Origin: Patescibacteria group bacterium | Lineage (GTDB): Bacteria > Patescibacteriota > Doudnabacteria > UBA920 | Direction of reading: 5' to 3' | Assembly: GCA_028870105.1 (NCBI GenBank) | Contig: JAGWQI010000001.1 | Span: 1 to 39,722 of the forward strand | DNA length: 39,722 nt | In this document: piece by piece, positions 35,732 to 39,722 of the stretch | Layout: the number at the start of each line of letters is the position of its first letter | Numbering within the stretch: the stretch's first letter is position 1 | Notes under the pieces: model-generated | Databases searched by the model: none | Told to the model about the DNA's origin: nothing | What the model saw: the letters and a program-made list of their open reading frames with translations, nothing else | Program-made: the position numbers and the translations under genes

Positions 35732-36715
35732 ATGTTAAAAGATCGAATCCTGCTAACCTTAAAATTTTTTGACCTCCAGGATTACCCTCTGACGCTTTTG
35801 GAGTTGCGAAAGTTTTTGCTGGCCGATGTCCAGCAGATTAAATTTGTCATAAATACCGAATGGGATCTAATCAGCGTTAATGGTATCCAGTCTGCCCCGG
35901 CCACAGCAGAAGAAATCTTGGCTTGTTTAAATAATGAGTGCAAAGCCGAGGTTGAACAGCAATACGGTTTTTACTGTTTGGCCGGACGCAGGCGGGTCAT
36001 TTTGCAGCGTTGGCAGAATTTTTTATTTGGCATTCGGCGTGAACGGCTGATCCGCCGTTTTGTCGGCGGGTTAAGGCACGTGCCGTTTGTGCGCGGCGTG
36101 GGGTTAGCCGGCAGTCAGTCCATGGGGCTGCAAAAACCTGATTCCGATATTGACTTGTTTATTATTGTCGATTCGCGGTTTTTATGGCTGGCGCGGACCT
36201 TGGTGACCGCTTATTTTCAGGTTCTTGGCCGCCGCCGCCACGGCCGCCACATTGCCAATCGTTTTTGCTTGAATCATTACGTGGCGGCTGGTAAGACTAT
36301 AGGCGAGTTGCGGAATTTATATACGGCCTGGGAGTACGCCAAGCTGCGGCCGTTAGTTTGCGAGCCGGCTGTGGCCGACTTTCAACAAAATAACCGTGAA
36401 TGGATCTCGCGGTTTTTTCCTTCCTTTGCCGAGTCTTTTGTCTTCGTCCGGGCATTGGCGGACGAGCCGACGGGCCGGCAGAATTTTAAGTCGCCACATT
36501 TTGAACCTGCGAATGGCGGCCGGCGCTCATTGCCTCAGAGAATCGTTGAACGGCTGTTTTTAGGAAGTTTTGGCCGCTGGCTGGAGGCCAGGCTCCAAAA
36601 TTGGCAGCTGCCGCGCATTCGCCAAGAGGAGTTTATTTTGGTGCGCGACGACGAGCTGTCGTTCCATCCTCAGAGCAAGCAGAGGGAATTACTGCAGAAG
36701 TTTTTTGTGGGATAA
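35732..36715 (+). CDS. Nucleotidyltransferase (pol beta superfamily) domain protein
   Basis: GLAGS.S.G....DSDIDLFII signature; RFCLNHY. Confidence 0.75.
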   Translation: MLKDRILLTLKFFDLQDYPLTLLELRKFLLADVQQIKFVINTEWDLISVNGIQSAPATAEEILACLNNECKAEVEQQYGFYCLAGRRRVILQRWQNFLFGIRRERLIRRFVGGLRHVPFVRGVGLAGSQSMGLQKPDSDIDLFIIVDSRFLWLARTLVTAYFQVLGRRRHGRHIANRFCLNHYVAAGKTIGELRNLYTAWEYAKLRPLVCEPAVADFQQNNREWISRFFPSFAESFVFVRALADEPTGRQNFKSPHFEPANGGRRSLPQRIVERLFLGSFGRWLEARLQNWQLPRIRQEEFILVRDDELSFHPQSKQRELLQKFFVG

Positions 36716-36716
36716 T

Positions 36717-36793
36717 TTCTACTAAATACTAAAATGTACTAATAATACTAAACCTGAAGCTTCATTTTAGTATCTTTCGCGTGTTTAGTAGAA
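36717..36793. repeat. Periodic TACTAA inverted-repeat element between convergent genes
   Basis: TTCTACTAAATAC...GTGTTTAGTAGAA with four TACTAA units. Confidence 0.6.
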
Positions 36794-36795
36794 GA

Positions 36796-37527
36796 TCATT
36801 TGTAAAATTCCAGGAGCAAGATTAGCGGGTAGCGGAACATCTGGTAATTTAAGTCAAACCGGCTGCTGTCCGTTTGGCTTTTTAATTCCGCGAGCCTATT
36901 AAAATTTAGATTGGCGCGCTTGGCCGCCATGAAATAGGCGCTGAGCGAATAAAAATGTGAGGGGATTGTTTGCCCGCCGAATTCGCGAATGATTTGCTCA
37001 GGGCCAAAATAATTTTTATTGATGAGCAATTTGGGCTTGCGTCTAAGTAGAAAATCTAGCGGAGATCTTTTCCAGACTGCCGCAGGGTAAGTGTAATACG
37101 GGTTGGGAAGAGTCAAAATTAGCCGGCCGCCATTTTTTGTTTTTGCCGCTAAATTTTTTAACGCCGCGTCAAGGTCGCTTAAATCCGGGCCGGCCATATT
37201 CAAAATTATCGCGTCAAAAAACCCGTCCGGGTAAGGCAGGGAAATTTGAATATCGCAATGCGAAAATTCTACCGCTGGGTAGCGCTGTCGGCCTAAGGCA
37301 ATTAGCTGGCTGGAACTGTCGCAGGCGTAAGTTTTGGGGAAGCGCGGTTTTAACTCCGCGGCCAGCCAGCCGGTGCCGCAAGCCGCGTCCAGTAGAGTCA
37401 AATCACCCTCCGGCAGCGCGCCGCTAATTGCTTGCCCCAAAATTTGTCGCTGGATTTGGCCGTTAAACGAGTCCAAAAAGTCAGTATAAACTCGGGCTAT
37501 TTTTTGGTCTTGATAGGCGCCGTTCAT
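36796..37527 (-). CDS. Class I SAM-dependent methyltransferase
   Basis: LLDAACGTG motif I, CD.S, LPYPDGFFD, K.GGRLIL. Confidence 0.9.
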   Translation of the reverse strand: MNGAYQDQKIARVYTDFLDSFNGQIQRQILGQAISGALPEGDLTLLDAACGTGWLAAELKPRFPKTYACDSSSQLIALGRQRYPAVEFSHCDIQISLPYPDGFFDAIILNMAGPDLSDLDAALKNLAAKTKNGGRLILTLPNPYYTYPAAVWKRSPLDFLLRRKPKLLINKNYFGPEQIIREFGGQTIPSHFYSLSAYFMAAKRANLNFNRLAELKSQTDSSRFDLNYQMFRYPLILLLEFYK

Positions 37528-37565
37528 GGTGTTATTATATCATAGCTTTAAGCGGTTTTTGGTCA

Positions 37566-37605
37566 TTATCACTCCCCTTGACAGAGTGCTAAAAGACGTT
37601 ATAAT
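37566..37605 (+). promoter_or_regulatory. CIRCE operator (HrcA) overlapping the groESL sigma70 promoter
   Basis: TTATCACTC-N9-GAGTGCTAA (37566-37592, one mismatch to consensus); TTGACA (37578) within the spacer, 16 nt, TATAAT (37600). Confidence 0.9.
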
Positions 37606-37642
37606 ATCTTTACAAGACAAGTAATTAAAGGAGATTTGGGTT

Positions 37643-37948
37643 ATGAAAGTCAAACCTTTAGGCAACCGAATTCTGGTAAAGCAGTTATCGACCGAGGAGG
37701 TCACGAAGAGTGGGATAGTTTTGCCGGATACGGCGGATAAAGAGAAAAAGGCGCAAGGGAAAATCGTCGCCCTGGGCAGTGGCGGCGAGATTGCGGCTTT
37801 GGGTCTGAAAGTCGGCGATACGGTTGTGTTCGGCAAGTATGCCGGAGACGAGGTCGAGTTGGAAGATAACGGCGAAAAAGTCGAGTATAAAATTCTATAC
37901 GTCGGCAAGGAAGAGGATAAGAGTGACGTATTGGCAATAGTAGAATAA
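37643..37948 (+). CDS. groES: Co-chaperonin GroES
   Basis: KPLGNRILVK, TKSGIVLPDTA, VGDTVVFGKYAG.EV, DVLAIVE. Confidence 0.97.
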   Translation: MKVKPLGNRILVKQLSTEEVTKSGIVLPDTADKEKKAQGKIVALGSGGEIAALGLKVGDTVVFGKYAGDEVELEDNGEKVEYKILYVGKEEDKSDVLAIVE

Positions 37949-37952
37949 ATTT

Positions 37953-38054
37953 AAAATTCGAATTTCGAAATCCGAAGAATAACCGAAATTCAAATTTTCA
38001 TTTTCAGAAATTAAGACTTGTTTCGAATTTCGTGCTTCGTGCTTCGAATTTCGA
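37953..38054. repeat. Heptamer-periodic inverted-repeat element in the groES-groEL spacer
   Basis: TTCGAAT/TTCGAAA/TTCGTGC units on both arms. Confidence 0.6.
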
Positions 38055-38066
38055 CAAAGGAGTGTT

Positions 38067-39722
38067 ATGGCGAAAATTATCAAATCGGGTTTTCAGGCCA
38101 AGCAGGCCATTAAGAATGGCGTGGACATTGCGGCTAACGCCGTGAGGGTCACTTTAGGCCCAACAGGCAAAGCCGTGATTTTAGACAAGGGTTTTGGCAG
38201 CCCGACGGTAACCGACGACGGCGTGACGGTGGCCAAGGACATTGAACTGGAAGACAAGTTCGAAAACGTGGGCGCTTCCCTGATTCAGGAAGTGGCCAAT
38301 AAAACCAATGAAGCGGCTGGTGATGGTACGACCACGGCCACGGTATTGGCCCAGAAAATGGTGGAGAAAGGTTTTGAAGCCGCGGCTTTGGCCAGTAGCC
38401 AGGCCATGAATATTAAAAAGGGTATGGATAAAGCCGTGGCCTTTGTGGTGGAAGAGCTGAGGAAAGTTAAGCGGGACGTGAAAACCAAGGGAGAAATTAA
38501 ACAGGTGGCCACGATTGCTTCGCTCGATAACGAGGTTGGCGAACTGATTTCGGAAATGATGGAGCAGGTCGGCCACGAAGGGATTATTACCGTGGAAGAA
38601 GGCCAAACCACGGGCTTGGACAAGGAAGTGGTTAAAGGCATGCGGTTTGACAAAGGGTTCGTGAATCCGTACATGGTGACAAACACCGAGCGCATGGAAG
38701 CCGTGTGGGAAGATTCCTACATTCTGATTACCGATAAAAAAGTTTCCAGCGTGCAAGACGTGTTGCCGGTGCTGGAAAAGGTCGCGCAGAGCGGCAAAAA
38801 GGAGATTGTAATTATTGCCGACGAAGTTGAAGGCGAAGCCTTGGCGACTTTCGTGCTCAATAAGCTCAAAGGTACTTTTAACGTGCTGGCGGTTAAAGCC
38901 CCGGGTTTTGGCGACCGGCGCAAGGAAATGTTGCAGGACATTGCGGTATTAACCGGCGGCCAGGTAATTACCGAAGATTTGGGGCTCAAGCTCGACAAGA
39001 CAGAGTTAGAGCAATTGGGCCGGGCGCGCAAAGTTATTGCGACCAAGGAGTATACCACGATTGTTGACGGCCAGGGCGATAAAAAGAAAATCGAGGAACG
39101 TGTTAACCAGATTAAAGCCGAATATAAAGAATCGAGTTCGGATTACGACAAGGAAAAACTGCAGGAACGCGTGGCCCGTTTGGCCGGCGGCGTGGGCGTT
39201 ATCAAAGTGGGTGCTTTTACGGAAACCGAAATGAAGGCCAAAAAGTTTAAGATTGAGGACGCGCTTAATGCTACGCGCGCGGCCGTGCAGGAGGGGATTG
39301 TGGCTGGCGGCGGCGCGGCGTTGGCCCGGATTGCCCCCAAGCTTGACGGTTTCGCCGATGGCATGAATTTTGCAGAACGCGCCGGCGTCAAGGTGGTGCG
39401 TGATTCCCTGGAGGCTCCGTTGCGCCAGATCGCGGCCAACAGCGGTATTGAGCCGACCGGCATTGTTTCGTTTATCCAATCTAGCAAGAGCGAACATGTG
39501 GGCTTTGACTTTTCCAAATACGACGGCGGCAATTGGGAAAACGGCAAAGTCGAGGACATGATGGAAGCCGGCATTGTTGATCCGCTGAAGGTCACGCGTT
39601 TGGCTCTGGAGAACGCCGTGTCGATTGCCTCGATTTTGGTAACCAGCGAAGCCATTGTCGTGGACAAGCCCGAGCCCAAGGCTCCGGCCATGCCCTCTGG
39701 CGGCGGAATGGGCGGGATGGGC
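38067..39722 (+). CDS. groEL: Chaperonin GroEL, runs off the window end in the GGM tail
   Basis: MAKII...[57 protein letters not shown]. Confidence 0.98.
   Translation, partial: MAKIIKSGFQAKQAIKNGVDIAANAVRVTLGPTGKAVILDKGFGSPTVTDDGVTVAKDIELEDKFENVGASLIQEVANKTNEAAGDGTTTATVLAQKMVEKGFEAAALASSQAMNIKKGMDKAVAFVVEELRKVKRDVKTKGEIKQVATIASLDNEVGELISEMMEQVGHEGIITVEEGQTTGLDKEVVKGMRFDKGFVNPYMVTNTERMEAVWEDSYILITDKKVSSVQDVLPVLEKVAQSGKKEIVIIADEVEGEALATFVLNKLKGTFNVLAVKAPGFGDRRKEMLQDIAVLTGGQVITEDLGLKLDKTELEQLGRARKVIATKEYTTIVDGQGDKKKIEERVNQIKAEYKESSSDYDKEKLQERVARLAGGVGVIKVGAFTETEMKAKKFKIEDALNATRAAVQEGIVAGGGAALARIAPKLDGFADGMNFAERAGVKVVRDSLEAPLRQIAANSGIEPTGIVSFIQSSKSEHVGFDFSKYDGGNWENGKVEDMMEAGIVDPLKVTRLALENAVSIASILVTSEAIVVDKPEPKAPAMPSGGGMGGMG

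Noticed and set aside
1..39722. CRISPR array, prophage, IS element, retron or DGR
   Set aside because: No regularly spaced repeats and no integrase, transposase, reverse transcriptase or phage structural genes were recognised.

Overview
Bacterial chromosomal segment with standard genetic code (TAA, TAG and TGA all end genes). The gene content and order (lepB-hisS-like-HIT-rpsU-yqeY-ftsA...ftsZ, split ComEC, DUF5663-like protein, LAAGC lipoproteins, truncated Rel) suggest Patescibacteria/CPR; this is an inference. Core genes: CapA-family (partial), dprA, pth, der, LCP protein, tRNA-Val(CAC), lepB, HIT, rpsU, yqeY, ftsA, ftsZ, comEC, cyclophilin, ndk, rel, mutM (in-frame amber), groES and partial groEL with a CIRCE box. 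Most notable: (1) a compact cobalamin scavenging-to-DNA-precursor module (NrdR boxes, nrdR, class II RNR nrdJ, cobO, transcobalamin-like DUF4430 lipoprotein, S-component-like membrane protein); (2) a full-length HisRS paralogue that has lost its catalytic motifs; (3) two ORF-free, promoter-driven structured RNA candidates (about 1870-2113 and 31435-31647); (4) an 8-kb block of unknown proteins separating ftsA from ftsZ, including a possible self-processed polyprotein; (5) a decayed tRNA, an orphan divergent purM, an in-frame palindromic insertion in mutM and several periodic intergenic inverted-repeat elements. All calls were made by eye from motifs; no searches were run.
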